From Octopus vulgaris (taxonomy: Eukaryota), in contig OX597822.1 of the NCBI GenBank assembly GCA_951406725.2, positions 99,820,001 through 99,884,000 of the forward strand: a DNA stretch of 64,000 nt. Reading direction: 5' to 3'. The position numbers and the translations under genes are program-made. This document shows positions 23,560 to 37,570 of this stretch, one piece after another. Below the pieces are notes generated by a model that ran no database searches, was not told where the DNA came from, and saw nothing but the letters and a program-made list of their open reading frames with translations. How positions within the stretch are numbered: position 1 is the first letter of the stretch; each line of letters opens with the position of its first letter.

Positions 23560-23711
23560 TACGACGGGCTTCTTTCAGTTTCCGTCTACCAAATCCACTC
23601 ACAAGGCTTTGGTCAATTTCCTGGAGAAAAGGGCATAATAATATTATTTAGAAGGGCACACTTCTTTTCTTGAGGGGAGCACACCCCCCCCCCTTCTTGG
23701 GTCCACCCCTG
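23272..23711. mobile_element. Probable hAT-like MITE (CAGG...CCTG) interrupted by a templated insertion at 23316-23615
   Basis: caggcgcagcc / gggtccacccctg imperfect TIRs; splits an old SINE B copy, with gaaac duplicated. Confidence 0.5.
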
Positions 23712-24399
23712 GAAACTATGTGCAAGCCTATCACATGTGTAAGTGTGTGTGTGTGTGCATGTGTGTGTTTGTCCCCCACCATTGCTTCACAACTGGTGTT
23801 GGTTTGTTAACATTCCTGTAACTTAGCAGTTTGATACAAGAGATCAATAAAATAAACACCAGACTTAAAAATAAGTACAAGGGGTGAATTATTTAACTAA
23901 GCCCTTCCAGGCACTGCCCCAGCATGGCTGCAGTCCACTGACTAAAACAAGTAAAAGATAAAAGATTATTTAAAGTGTGGACTAATATATTATGAGACTA
24001 TTCGGTTGCAACCATTGGGTAACTAAAAGTTTTTAAGCGAATATTTTGATTTGTGGTTACAAAACAACATGAGATCTGAACAGGCTTCTATAATCAATGT
24101 AAATTAATAATTCTTTAATTTTGCTTTCATTGATCAAAACATCAAATGTGTAGACCTCTAATGTGGCCGTGTGATTAAGTAGGTGCAGGTATGGCTGTAT
24201 GCTGAAGAAGTTCACTTTAGGAGTACACAGTCAGGGGTTCAATTCCTCCGCGTAAATGCTTTCATCTGGTGTCTTCCACTGTGGCTACAGGTTGATCAAT
24301 TCCTTATGTAAAATTGGTAAACAGGAACCAAAGAAGCCCCATAGTGTGTGTGTGTTTGTGTAAAGTATTTTACAGCCTGAAACCCTTCTTATCTTTTAT

Positions 24400-24791
24400 C
24401 TTTTTTATCTTTTACTTGTTTCAGTCATTTGACTGCGGCCATGCTGGAGCACCGCCTTTAGTCGAGCAAATCGACCCCGGGACTTATTCTTTGTAAGCCC
24501 AGTACTTATTCTATCGGTCTCTTTTGCCGAACCGCTAAGTGGCGGGGACGTAAACACACCAGCATCGGTTGTCAAGCAATGCTAGGGGGACAAACACAGA
24601 CACACATACATATATATATATATATAAATATATACGACAGGCTTCTTTCAGTTTCCGTCTACCAAATCCACTCACAAGGCATTGGTCGGCCCGGGGCTAT
24701 AGCAGAAGACACTTGCCCAAGATGCCACGCAGTGGGACTGAACCCGGAACCATGTGGTTGGTTAGCAAGCTACTTACCACACAGCCACTCC
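24400..24791 (-). mobile_element. SINE family B copy
   Basis: Full-length match to 20806-21149. Confidence 0.9.
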
Positions 24792-25298
24792 TTCTTGTTG
24801 CTATTGCTTTCTTGTTTTTCCAATACGGGATCTTTTATTCCACACATATTCAAAATCAGAAGGTACAAATCAGATTGCTGAGAAGTGACAACAACAGCAA
24901 TAACATCAACACGCTGGGTGACTTCCATAGAATGCTGATATAAACACACACACACAAATAAATGCACACGGTAGTTATATAATGCAAGACATGTAGATAT
25001 TTCATCAGCCTTAAAACTTCTAACAGAAATTTCACAAAATAAATTAGAAAAATATTTGACAAAATATTCCCCTCACAAGGAAATTCAGTGAAGAATAGTC
25101 TTTTTTTTCTTTTGATGTTTCCATTTCTTTAGAATACCATTTTATATTTATCTTCTGAGAGATTTGATTTTGAAGGAAATTTTTTGAGACTTGATCAAAA
25201 TTTAAGATATTTACAATATGTCAATCCCTATACATAAATCTTTCTCTCCCTATATCTATCACTTTATCAAGCTCTCTCTATGTATATATTTATATATA

Positions 25299-25340
<42 letters not shown>

Positions 25341-25789
25341 CCTATTGTGAGAGAGAAAAGAGAGAGACACACATACACATGTAATTTCAAGATGACATGC
25401 ACCAAAACTGGTTAAAAAGATCTCCAAAGACAAACAAAATAAATATAAAATAACCAATAACAGGAATCCTACTACAATTATAATTTAATAATGATAAGTT
25501 TTGCATATCTTTCTGCTTTCTGAGTGCTTTAGATGCAAGTTTAAGAATCTCAAGATATTGACACTGTAGCTCAACATAAACAATTATTGATAAAAGATAA
25601 GATTCCATTGCAAACTTTACTTCTGCGAAACTTAAAAATTTGTAGATATGGATGGAGGATGACAGAATCAATAGAGCACCAATGGAAATGTTTTGTGGTG
25701 GTATTTGGTATACATATTTTTACATTTTTACATTTTGAGTTCAAGTATCACCAAAGTCGACTTCGGTAATTCTTTTATTTTTGTTTATA

Positions 25790-26002
25790 TTTTACTCTTT
25801 TACTTGTTTCAGTCATTTGACTGAGACCATGCTGGAGCACCGGCTTCAGTCGGGCAAATTGACCCCAGGACTTATTCTTTGTAAGCCTAGTACTTATTCT
25901 ACTGGTCTCTTTTGCCGAACCGCTAAGTTACAGGGGACGTAAACAGACCAGCATCTGTTGTCAAGCGATGTTGGGGGGACAAACACAGACACACAAACAT
26001 AT

Positions 26003-26043
<41 letters not shown>

Positions 26044-26205
26044 ACAGGCTTCTTTCAGTTTCCGTCTACCAAATCCACTCACAAGGCTTTGGTCAGCCCA
26101 AGGCTATAGTAGAAGATACTTACCCAAGGTGCCACGCAGCGGGACTGAACCTGGAACCATGTGGTTCGTAAGCAAGCTACTTACCACACAGCCACTCCTA
26201 TGCCT
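25790..26205 (-). mobile_element. SINE family B copy
   Basis: Full-length match to 20806-21149. Confidence 0.9.
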
Positions 26206-27939
26206 ATTTTAATTATAAATAAATAAAGAGGTACATGCATAGCTGAGTTGCAGATATGACTGTGAGGTTAAGATGTTCACTTCATGACTACATGGCTTCA
26301 GGTTCAATCCCACTACGTGGCATCTTGGGCAGATGATCGTCTACTGTAGTTACAGGTTGGCCAACAAGCTATTTACCACACAGCCACTCCTACGCCTATG
26401 AGTATAATATTTTATAATATTTGCATATGTGGAACTTATTCAAATGGCGAAGGCTTCAAAAAGCTCTTGAGTTCAAATTCATTGCAGACATTTTATTGTG
26501 TATTTATATGAGACAAACATCTAATTCTACAACTCTGTGGCTACATACACTTCATCAAACCATGTCATGAATAAGTACTGGTTCTTCAAGGAATACTAAC
26601 AACAGATTGACAACCTACAGAAGAGAAGAATAATGAGTGGAAGCAGTGGTCCAAGTTCAAAGAAATCTCCAGATCAATTTATTTAAAGACCTTTGTTTAA
26701 TTAACCATTCAAATCAGAATGCTGTGTAATTAAAACAGCAAAGCAGATATCAACATGGATCATTTCCATTTCATTTGAAACAATCCACTAATCCAACCGA
26801 CTCTCCATGTTCTACTTTCACTTTCTCCAATAATTTCCCTCCTTTCTTTCATCTCTGTCATTTTGCTCTCCTCCTTTTTATTCTCTGCTCTTAACTCCGC
26901 AGATTCCATGTGATTTTATTTGAATCTCCATTTCTCTTTGTTCTATTCAACTTCTTTTTCATCTTTTCCTCTTCTCCTCCTCTTCTTCATCTTCGCCTCT
27001 TCTTGTTTTTCTTCTTCTTTTCCTCCTCATCTTCCTCCTCTTCTTTTCCTTCTCCTCCTTCAACTGCTCCTCTTCCTCCATATCTGCCTCTGATACCCAT
27101 GCAACCCGATATGGACACACAGACATGCCTGCAAGTATGGAGTATGCTGTTACCGGTTGAGATAAAAATTCTTAACATAGAAATCCAGTTGTTTGCTAAC
27201 GTCTGATGTTGTAACAGGCAATTGAGTATTAAATAAAAAAAAAAATTATTAAAAAAAAACTATAAAAAAAAAAAGAAAAAGCACGACATGGAGTACCAAT
27301 TCCTGTTCTTTTACCGTCTAATCGAATCATGAACAGTCATCATTCTACTATGTTACTTTCCATCAATTGAGAATCAAAAACTGATGAATAAATAAGTCAC
27401 AACATACAGATCAATAGAACCTTTACGTCAATAATCGAACGGCATAATATTTGCATAACAACAGGCATAAGCTAACATCGAGAAGCATATAGAAAAACCT
27501 GTGAGTCTGGGTGGTTTATCATGAAACTGCCTTAGCTTTCATCCTTCCACAATGGATTTTGATCAAAGGTGAAGAAAACATATTAACTTTGCAGTAAGAG
27601 AGAACAAACTTGGCAAAAGACAGAATGGTAGCATGTATGTGTGTATATATTTGTTCATATGTGTGTGTGTGAGTGTGTGTATGAGGCAAAGAAAGAGAGA
27701 CAGACAGGCAGACAGAGAAAGCTGGAAAGGAAATTTAAATCTGTAAAGTAGAGGAAATAGTTGAAAATAATCTATAGATGTGTCAAAGGCGCTGAATGCA
27801 ATGAAGATTTCTTTTTTCTTTTTTTTTTTTTAATTTTATTTCTTCTAAAGGCAGAAATTTACAAAGAAGAACTGGATAAAATAAGCACAAAAACAAAAAG
27901 TGAAAGTAAGAGTCTAGTTTTATAGAATAATTTGGAAAT

Positions 27940-27945
27940 ATATGT

Positions 27946-27976
<31 letters not shown>

Positions 27977-28335
27977 CTATACATAATATACATATGTATA
28001 TATATACTATAAATAATATACATATATATATATATATATATATACATACACACATATCTATAGACACACACACACATATATATATACATGTACATATATA
28101 CACACATATATATACATATACATACATATACATATACATACATATATATACATATACATACATATATATATACATACATACATATATATATATACATACA
28201 TATATATATACATATACATACATATACATACATACATATATATATACATATACATACATATACATACATACATATATATATACATACATACATATATATA
28301 TACATACATATATACATACATACATACATACATAT

Positions 28336-28366
<31 letters not shown>

Positions 28367-28383
28367 CATACATACATATATAC

Positions 28384-28414
<31 letters not shown>

Positions 28415-28539
28415 CACATACATACATACATACATATATATATATACACATACATATACATATATATACACATACATACATACATACATATATATATATA
28501 CACATACATATACATACATACACAGACACACTCACATAT

Positions 28540-28577
<38 letters not shown>

Positions 28578-28588
28578 TACATGTATGG

Positions 28589-28625
<37 letters not shown>
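27940..28625. repeat. Long (TA)/(TACA)/(CA) compound microsatellite
   Basis: Directly visible; source of ORFs at 27783-28653. Confidence 0.97.
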
Positions 28626-28629
<4 letters not shown>

Positions 28630-28925
28630 TATAAATAATACAGTAATATGCAAAATTGATCAAAACCATGTAAATATGTATGTATTAGCAGTACCACCCT
28701 ATATATATATGTGTATATATATATATATCATCATCATCATCATCATCATCGTTTAACGTCCGTCCAACCCATGCTAGCATGGAGAACGGACGTTAAACGA
28801 TGATGATGATGATGATGATGATATATATATATATACATATATATATATAGGGTGGTACTGCTAATACATACATATTTACATGGTTTTGATCAATTTTGCA
28901 TATTACTGTATTATTTATAAACATA
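28624..28925. repeat. ~300-bp palindrome centred on an RTE 3' tail
   Basis: tatgtttataaataatacagtaatatgc...gtaccaccct(TA)n(CAT)ncgtttaacgtccgt is mirrored on the right; centre ccaacccatgctagcatggaga. Confidence 0.93.
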
Positions 28926-29324
28926 ATTACATTGTCTTTTAAACATAATGCCTGATTTGCTCCCCTTTGCAGTTTTCTGAGTACAATTATCTTAGTACTC
29001 CATGGTGCACCATTTGTTATCTAAGTAACGGATAATTTAATTACTCACTGATGCTGTCAGTTGTGTGGTCTGAAGGTTCTCAATGAATGGAATTCCTCAA
29101 ATGGTTTCGATTCTAAATAAGAAAACTTCTATTTTCTGCATTAAACAATGAACAATGAACTACTTTCTCTGCTTACCCCTTAATCCAGAAACCCTTTTTT
29201 ACTGTTGTTGTTTTCTTCTTTTTGGTATTTTTTCACTATAATATGCATAGCAAACATCAATAGAACTGCTGCTGCAACTTCTACTATTTATGATGCTGTT
29301 GCTATTGCTATTGCTGCTGTTGTT

Positions 29325-29710
29325 GTTGCTGTTGAGCGAACGGTCTTCGTCCCAGAGCTCGCAAGATAGTGCCTCTGTAGTGGGAGAAGTCCGAAACATG
29401 GTCCTTTGCTATTTGTAAGACCCGCAGAAGAGAAAGCAGGTCAACCTCCGACACCAAGAGCATCGACGGACGGATGAATGCGCATCCAGGCTCAGTGGTT
29501 GCGTAGGAAGTCGGGGACAAGAAACAGGAAGAAAGAGTGAGAGAAAGTTGGAGTGAAAGAGTATAACAGGGGTTGCCACCACCCCCTGCTGGAGCCTCGT
29601 GGAGCTTTAGGTGTTTTCACTCAATAAACACACACAATGCCCGGTCTGGGAATCAAAACTACCATCCTCCGACTGCGAGTCCACTGCCCTACCATTGGGC
29701 CATTGCGTCT
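29325..29710 (-). mobile_element. SINE family C, tail variant 2
   Basis: Matches 22030-22390; ends in a (CAA/CAG)n tract. Confidence 0.88.
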
Positions 29711-30780
29711 CTACTGCTGTTGCTGCTGCTGGTGTTTATCAAATATATAAGGGTCTGCTGTTAGTGTTACAACAAACTACTGTTAATCTTCGACAACAAT
29801 GATCTTCACAAAATTCCATCCTCTTCCTTGTAAGGCACAAAGATGGCACTTATTGATGTCATCATTAGTGGCATCATTACCGTTATCATCATCTTCATCA
29901 CTGTTATTATTATCCTCATCATCATCATCATCATTAACATATATAATACGGAAACTGAAAGAAGCCCACTGTGTATATATATATGTGTGTATGTGTGTCC
30001 CGACATTGCTTGACAACAGATGCTGGTGTGTTTATGTCCCCATAACTTAGCGATTCGGCAAAAGAGACCGACAGAATAAGTACTAGGCTGATAAAGAATA
30101 AGTCCTGGGTTCGATTTGCTCAATTAAAGGCGGTGCCCTAGCGTGGCCGCAGTCAAATGACTGAAACAAGTAAATGAATAAATGAATATCCAAGTTCCAT
30201 GCTGGTGGGCATGTGATTAGAAATTCACTTTGTATCCAAGGGCTTCTGGGTTTGATCCCTCTCTACAGCACCCTTGAGCAAGCATCTTCTAATATAGCTA
30301 ACCAGTACCTTGAGACTGGAGTTTGATAATTACAAAAAAAAAAAAAAAAAACAGATGTGGGTCCATTATACATATGTTGTATGTATACCTACATACACAA
30401 AGATGTGGTCATAAGTACACACACACACACAGAGGCTTCTGCACAGTCTCCAGTTATCAAGCTCCAATCACACAACATTGGCTGAACTGAGGCTGTGTTA
30501 GAAGATACTTGCCGAGCTACCCTTTAATGGAATTAATCCTGGAACTGCTAGACTACAAAATGTGTTTATGTTTATGTTTATACTGTTCTAAAAGTTAGTG
30601 TATTGTTTACGCTGCATCCCTTTATGGGCTGTAACTTAGTAATTCAACAAACGGACACTGATAAAATAAAAATACCAAACTGAAACAGGTTCTGGAGCCA
30701 ATATGACTGACTAAACCAAGGTGGCAAACTGGCAGGACCATTACCATTCTGGACAAAATGCTTAACAGAATTTTATGTCT

Positions 30781-31480
30781 GCGGCGAGCTGGCAGAAACG
30801 TTAGCACACAGGGCAAAATGCTTAGCGGTATTTCATCTGTCTTTACATTCTGAGTTCAAGTTCCGTTGAGGTCGACTTTGCCTTTCATCCTTTCGGGGTC
30901 GATAAATTAAGTACCAGTTACGCACTGGCGTCGATGTAATTGACTTAATCCATTTGTTTGTCCTTCTTTGTCCTCTCTGTGTTTAACCCTTTGTGGGTAG
31001 TAAAGAAATAGGTATTTCGTCTGTCTTTACGTTCTGAGTTCAAATTCTGCCGAGGTTGACTTTGCCCTTCATCATTTCGGGGTCAATAAATTAAGTACCA
31101 GTTACGCACTGGCGTCGATGTAATCGACTTAATCCGTTTGTCTGTCCTTGTTTGTCCTCTCTGTGTTTAACACCTTGTGGGTAGTAAAGAAATAGGTATT
31201 CTGTCTGCCGTTACGTTCTGAGTTCAAATTCCGCCGAGGTCGGCTTTGCCTTTCATCCTTTTGGGGTCGATAAATTAAGTACCAGTTACGCACTGGGGTC
31301 AATGTAATCGACTTAATCCCTTTGTCTGTCCTTGTCTGTCTCCTTTATGTTCTGAGTTCAAATTCAGCTCAGGTTGACTTTGCCTTTCATCCTTTCTGAG
31401 GCAATAAAATAAGTATCACTTGTTCCCTGGGGATGATGTAATTGACTTATCCCTTACCACAAGAATTCTAGCCTTGTGCC
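30781..31480 (+). mobile_element. SINE family A tandem multimer (3-4 units, period 184 bp)
   Basis: One head gcggcgagctggcagaaacg; units restart at ggtatt at 30827, 31011, 31195. Confidence 0.9.
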
Positions 31481-32119
31481 AAAACAAATTAGTAACACTA
31501 TGATTGACTAAGCTCCTTAAAGGTGGTGCCCCAGCATGACTGCACTCCAATGACTGGAAGTACTAAAAGAATTTTATCTGACCCGTGCAAGCATAAAAAA
31601 GCAGACATTAAATTGATAATGATATCATGGAACAGAGGAATCAGAGAATGGAAGCAAGATAAACTGCACTCTTTAGTTCCTTCCCCAGAATTGTTGATTG
31701 GTTAAAACCATTCAATTTTTGCTTTATAGTCAAAGGAAAAAGTGTTGAAGAAAATAATATTAAAAAAAAACTATCAGAATTTATTACTTAATTTCACTAA
31801 CTTCAAACACATACATAAACACTGCCGAACACATCTTGGAATACTATGTATGACTCACAAACTTATATCGAGTAGAAAAAAAAATAACAAAACTAATAAA
31901 ATTTCAATGATCTACAGTAAAAAAAAAAATTCTAAAGGTATAAGAATTTTCAAAGAAGAACAATTACCCGAAGACAATGTAGCATGAACAACAGTAATCA
32001 GTCTTTAATTAAACACAAGGAAAATGAACTGACTACAAAAGAGATGCTTAAAGCAGCTGGATTAGAAGAGTTAAAAGACTTTCTAAATTACATATATATA
32101 TGTATGTATACATATGCAT

Positions 32120-32171
<52 letters not shown>

Positions 32172-32343
32172 ATACACATATATACATAGTCACATATATA
32201 CATGCATATATATATGTATATATATATAAATATATACACTCACACACACACACATACATATATTTTTTAAGCTCAAGTCTTAAATTGTTTGTAATAACAA
32301 GAACATGATGAAATTTCTTTGTTCACTTTCAGTTGGTTTCAAA

Positions 32344-32398
<55 letters not shown>

Positions 32399-32764
32399 TT
32401 AATAATAACAACAACAACAACAACAATAACAACAATAACATTAATAATAATAATAATAATAATACAGTGGAAATAAGAGCACCACAACAAACCACAGCAC
32501 ATACCCAAGGCGTACAGAATTGTGTTTGGTAGTGCAGTGAAAGCACATAATAAAAATAAGACTACTGAATAATAATGATGATGATGATGATGATATTATT
32601 ATTATTATTATTATTATTATTTAATGATTTCTTTAATTAACAACAGGAGTGGAGAGGAGGGAGGCATCACAAGGCCAGAAAACAATTTGCATGGGGATTT
32701 ACATAAAAGATGGGGAGAAAGAAATGGAAAAAAAGGTAGTGAAATGTGATAAAAGTATACATCA

Positions 32765-33210
32765 TAGGCGTAGGACTGGCTGTGTGAATAGGCATAGGAG
32801 TGGCTGTGTGAATAGGCGTAGGAGTGGCTTATGAACCACATGGTTCCGGGTTCAGTCACACTGTGTGACACCTTGGGCAAGTGTCTTCTACTATAGCCTC
32901 GGGCCGACCAAAGCCTTGTGAGTGGATTTGGTAGGCGGAAACTAAAAAAAGCCCGTCGTATATATGTATATATATATATATGTGTGTGTGTGTGTATATG
33001 TTTATGTGTCTGTGTTTATCTCCCCAACATCGCTTGACAACCGATGCCAGTGTGTTTACGTCCCCGTAACTTAGCGATTCGGCAAAAGAGACCGATAGAA
33101 TAAGTACTAGGCTTACAAAGAATAAGTCCCGGGGTCAATTTGCTCAACTAAAGGCGGTGCTCCAGCATGGCCACAGTCAAATGACTGAAACAAGTAAAAG
33201 AGTAAAAGAG
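32765..33210 (+). mobile_element. SINE family B copy with triplicated 23-bp 5' end
   Basis: taggcgtaggactggctgtgtgaa / taggcataggagtggctgtgtgaa / taggcgtaggagtggct followed by the normal body. Confidence 0.88.
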
Positions 33211-35558
33211 AATAGTATACCACATATGTGATAACATGAATGATGCTGCAGTCCTCTTGATACAGGAGAAACTCCAACTAGGGCCAATCAAGGAACTCCA
33301 TAGATCCAGGATTACCCTGACCACCAACAGTACGAACCCTTTCTCCAGCTCTCCAACCTACAGGCACACACTCAAGAGTAGGGCCATTCACTTTTACCAT
33401 TTTTGCCATCATTCTAATAATAATAATAATATTGACACAATAATATTGACACAAGACCAGCAATTTTAGGGAGAAGTGACTAGTTGACTACACTGATCCC
33501 AGTCCTTGACTTGTTTATTATTTCTTTGACCCTGAAAAGATGTAAGGCAAAGTTGACCCCCATAAGGTTATAATCCCAGAATGTATAAAGAACCAGAAGA
33601 AATGTTGCTAAGCATTTTGCTCAGCATTTTAACAGTTCTGCCAGCTGATTATGCACAAGGTCAGTTGTTTTGAGGGGAAGGGTGAAATCCATACCAGCAA
33701 CCCCAGTACTTGACAATCTTAAACCATAAAACCACAAAAATGTCAAGGGCTGGAATTTTACTCTGGGTTATATAGTGATAAATAAACTCAGTAGAAAGGA
33801 TGAATGTTAGGCAACTGCAGCCAACTCTACCGTCAGGAAGGTTGGACCCAGCACCGCAAGCCACGACCTTTGACCAATAATTCTGCTCAATGAAGGCTGC
33901 TGCTCTCAAACTTAGCAGTAGCCATCCACAGTTGCTAATTAAGCCTTTCATCACTATACACTGCCTTTGTTTCAATTCATTTTGAAAATAATGAAGAATT
34001 TAGTAAAATCACTGTCATTATGAAGATGATACTTGGAACAAAAACTGACATGAGACTTTGATGAAAAAGCATTTTGATTTAGATCACTTTAAAACCAGAA
34101 GTTTGTGTCATAGATCTAGGGGTGGTCTTGGATAGGTTGATATTAAAAGGGTCAAAGTTATGATAATCCAATAAATGAACTTCTGTTATGGTTGCTTCAT
34201 CTGCTAAAAATAGTAGTCCAATCCCCAGCCCCAGCCCAAAATATATTAAAACAACTGTCTTATAAAAGGACGAGTAGATTAGAGAAAGTATTCTAAAAGC
34301 ATGGGACTATCTTAAGACTCCATGTATACAACATACTTTATTTCCACCAAAATCAAGATTAATATTAAGGATGTGGATATAAATGTAAGATTTTGAAGAC
34401 AATTTAAGTCTCCAAAAAATCATGCAGGTAATAATTGGACTTTTTATGGTATATGATCAAAAGATATTCTTTAAGAAAATGTTTTATTCTAGTCTCTTCA
34501 TCATAACTAACAAGAAATTAACACAATTTTTGTTGGGATAATGGTGGCACTAGGTATTGTACATAAATTTAAGAATACTCACAAAATATCAAAATTTACA
34601 GATCTATCTAAAACAAAGCTTCAAAGAAAAACAACAAAGAAAATGAATAGTGAAAATATAAATTTCAACTTTTATCTTTTATTTATTATTTTTTTTTTTT
34701 GTTAATCCCTTTTTAAATTCTAAACTTGAAGTGTTGAAAGTACTTACAAGAGAATTCAAAAATGAACTAAATTAAAATATATAAATGAATATGCACAAAA
34801 CATTTTAAAACTCCAAGCGATTTTATGACAATTTTTGACTAATAAGTTCTTTGATGTTTATTGCTCTAAACATTTTGATCTTTTGAAGAATTTTGACAGC
34901 TTCAATATCAGAGATTATACTCTCATTTGATTTAAAGATATTTTTGATATTCCTTTCAAACGTTATCTACTTTACGGTTCTTTGGTTCACCATTTCCTTA
35001 ATGCAACCAATATTTTGATGACTGAGATCAATACTATGTATGCTGTGAGGGAAATACAAAATGTTTTAAACAGACATTTCTAGTCAGAAATATCTTATAA
35101 TCGTCATAACAAAATACAATCATGTCTTAATATGCAGGGAAAGATTCCTTTATGTATATACAAGTGAATAGCTAAAGCTAAACTGAGTGGCATTAAGTAG
35201 AATTTTTTTCTAAGCAAGTGTGTTTGAGTGGTGAAACAGAGAAACTAATATATCTACTTGGCCGATTAATACACAGCAAGTATAGCTGTATGGTCAAACT
35301 TGTAACCAATATGTCCGTAAAACTTTTTAACAATGTCTTCTGTAGTCCAAAGATATCCATAATATCTTGTAATAATCTTTGTATTCATGGCACTTCCTAC
35401 GCAATACAGTTTTTCCCCACTAAATATTCCCACATAATCTGCTATTTCCTACAGCAGAGTGAAATGAGACACATGGGATTAAGTATATTAGTGCATATGT
35501 AAATATACATAGAATGATAGATATGAACAGATAGAGAGACAGCTAGATATATAAATAA

Positions 35559-35591
<33 letters not shown>

Positions 35592-35994
35592 CGTGTCTGT
35601 GTGCAAATGTGTTAGTGTGGGTTTCTCCTTGTCTTTACATGTTTGTTGACTTTGAACAAAACAACAGCCTTGCCATCAATATTGTCGGTGTCTTGTGCTT
35701 GCAGTCAACTACAAAAACATGTCTGGGCTTCTTGATATGTTTTGATACATGCAAACTCTGTAAACAAAAATAGGCTCATAACTATGTCCAAGCTGTTCGA
35801 TAGGCTTAAACAGGCGAAGATTGGCAACAGGAAGGGCATATGACCTAAAAACCTCTTGACTTCAAAGTCATAGCATGTGTTTTATTGTATTTTTGGATAG
35901 TGTACACATCTTCACCATCAGTGTATGAGTCAGATATATGCTTGCGTGTGTATGGAGGGGAGAAACTCAGGTGTAGTTGACTGATTTTTATTTG

Positions 35995-36335
35995 CTAGCC
36001 TTCTCAAGATTGCTCAGACTGATGGGATTAACATTTCTCTTGAACAGTTGCAAGTTGATGATTATAGAGAAAATATGTGCTGAGAGGTAATTTGATAATG
36101 ACATTCTGGACAAGACGGACCTGGTCAAGTAATTAATGCAGGAACTGTGGTAGTTGACAGAATATGGCTGGTGAGAAAGGAGATGATCAAGTCAGGAATG
36201 AATGAGTGGAGATGAGAGAAGCTGTTGTAGTTGTGGTAGAAAAGGAAGACAGGGGAGGCAAGATGTTAGTGATGCTGAGGTTGCACTGTCTCGGTGGATA
36301 ACTTCATGTCACTCAGTCAAATAGCCTTTCTCTGA
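35995..36335 (-). mobile_element. Highly decayed 3' end of a CR1/L2-type LINE
   Basis: Frameshifted minus-strand translation gives ...SLSSFSTTTT/FYHNYN..., NYLSAHIF..INLQLFKRNVN, resembling CR1/L2 ORF2 C-termini. Confidence 0.4.
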
Positions 36336-36731
36336 ATGTAGTTTATCCCTTTTGATACCATTCTGCCTAAGACTGCTCTGGTTCTGTGAAGAACATTCTG
36401 TTTTAAAGATATCTAAATTAAAACTTCCCATCAAAATTTCATGTTAATTTTTGCTCCAAACACTAGCTTAATAATTCTTTCTATTATAGGCAGAAGGCCT
36501 AGAATTTTGGGAGAAGGGGCTAGCGTTCTGACAGAAGCCCCAGCTTGGATGTTTCTAAGATCAGTACCATACCTGGCCTTAGTAACGTGGAGGTAGCAGT
36601 TTCTGGGAATTTGTGTTGTTGATGCTTAATCCCTAGGTCAGTGTTCATCCAAGTGACCAATGATCAAAGATGTTCCACTCACAGCTATACATTGTCTATT
36701 TGAAGATGACTGGATTGTATGTAACAATTTC

Positions 36732-36964
36732 GAGCAAGGTCATTGCCAGTACCGCCTGACTGGCACCCATGCCAGTGGCACGTAAAATGCACCCACTACA
36801 CTCTTGGAGTGGTTGGCATTAGGAAGAGCATCCAGCTGTAGAAACTCTGCCAGATCAAGATTGGAGCCTGGTGCGGCCATCTGGTTCGCCAGCCCTCAGT
36901 CAAAATCGTCCAACCCATGCTAGCATGGGAGGCGGACGTTAAACGATGATGATGATGATGATGA
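36732..36964 (+). mobile_element. RTE 3'UTR/tail fragment
   Basis: gccagtggcacgtaaaatgcacccactacactc...cccatgctagcatgg...gacgttaaacgatgatg. Confidence 0.88.
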
Positions 36965-37364
36965 CTAGCATTAAATTAAAACTAAAACTAAAAAAGACGT
37001 AGAAGAAAATGAAATGAAGGGAATAACATAAACTTTATAAATTCTCAGATTGTATTACTGAATAATGTCTTTCTTATATACATTTAATATTTTTCTATTC
37101 TTCTTGCAGGTAAATACGGCTTGGTAACATGTACCATGTTTTTGCTAATTGTTTTGGCTGTCTTTCTAGCTGCAAACAGACACAGAAACCCTCTCGGCCT
37201 TCCAGTCCTTGACTCAGTGTAACTGCCAAGACGTAACAGCAGTAGGGAGAGAGGGCTGCACCAGCACTCAGCTGGAACTCATTACAGCTGAGGAAACTGG
37301 AGCACCAACTGAATATCAAGCAAAGCCATTTCACTGAAGATATCAGGCTCCTATCTTCTTTACT

Positions 37365-37570
37365 ATTCACTAAACTTTAGTCTTTGCTAAGTTTACCATG
37401 AGGTCTCTTGGTTCTAGGTTTAACTTCCATGCCTGGAATCTCCTCTATAATTTCCCAATAAATTCAGCAATGAGAGCTAGATCATTAGCATATAGGAGTT
37501 CTCATGGATAGTCAGTCTTAATACTGACCACCATAGCCTTTTACCTGAACTTAATGGTGATGCCATGTAT
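37365..37570 (-). pseudogene. Decayed RTE reverse-transcriptase fragment
   Basis: FKTDYP*ELLYANDLALIAEFIGKL*RRFQAWKLNLEPRDLMVNLAKTKV aligns with FKTGCPWELLYADDLALIAE...VNLAKTKV of the intact ORF. Confidence 0.85.

Noticed and set aside
27127-27221. tgcctg...ctga...caggca snoRNA-like ends
   Set aside because: No box C (RTGATGA) at the expected position.
31742-32345. Possible decayed non-LTR 3' end ending in (AAT)n
   Set aside because: No diagnostic motif recoverable by eye.
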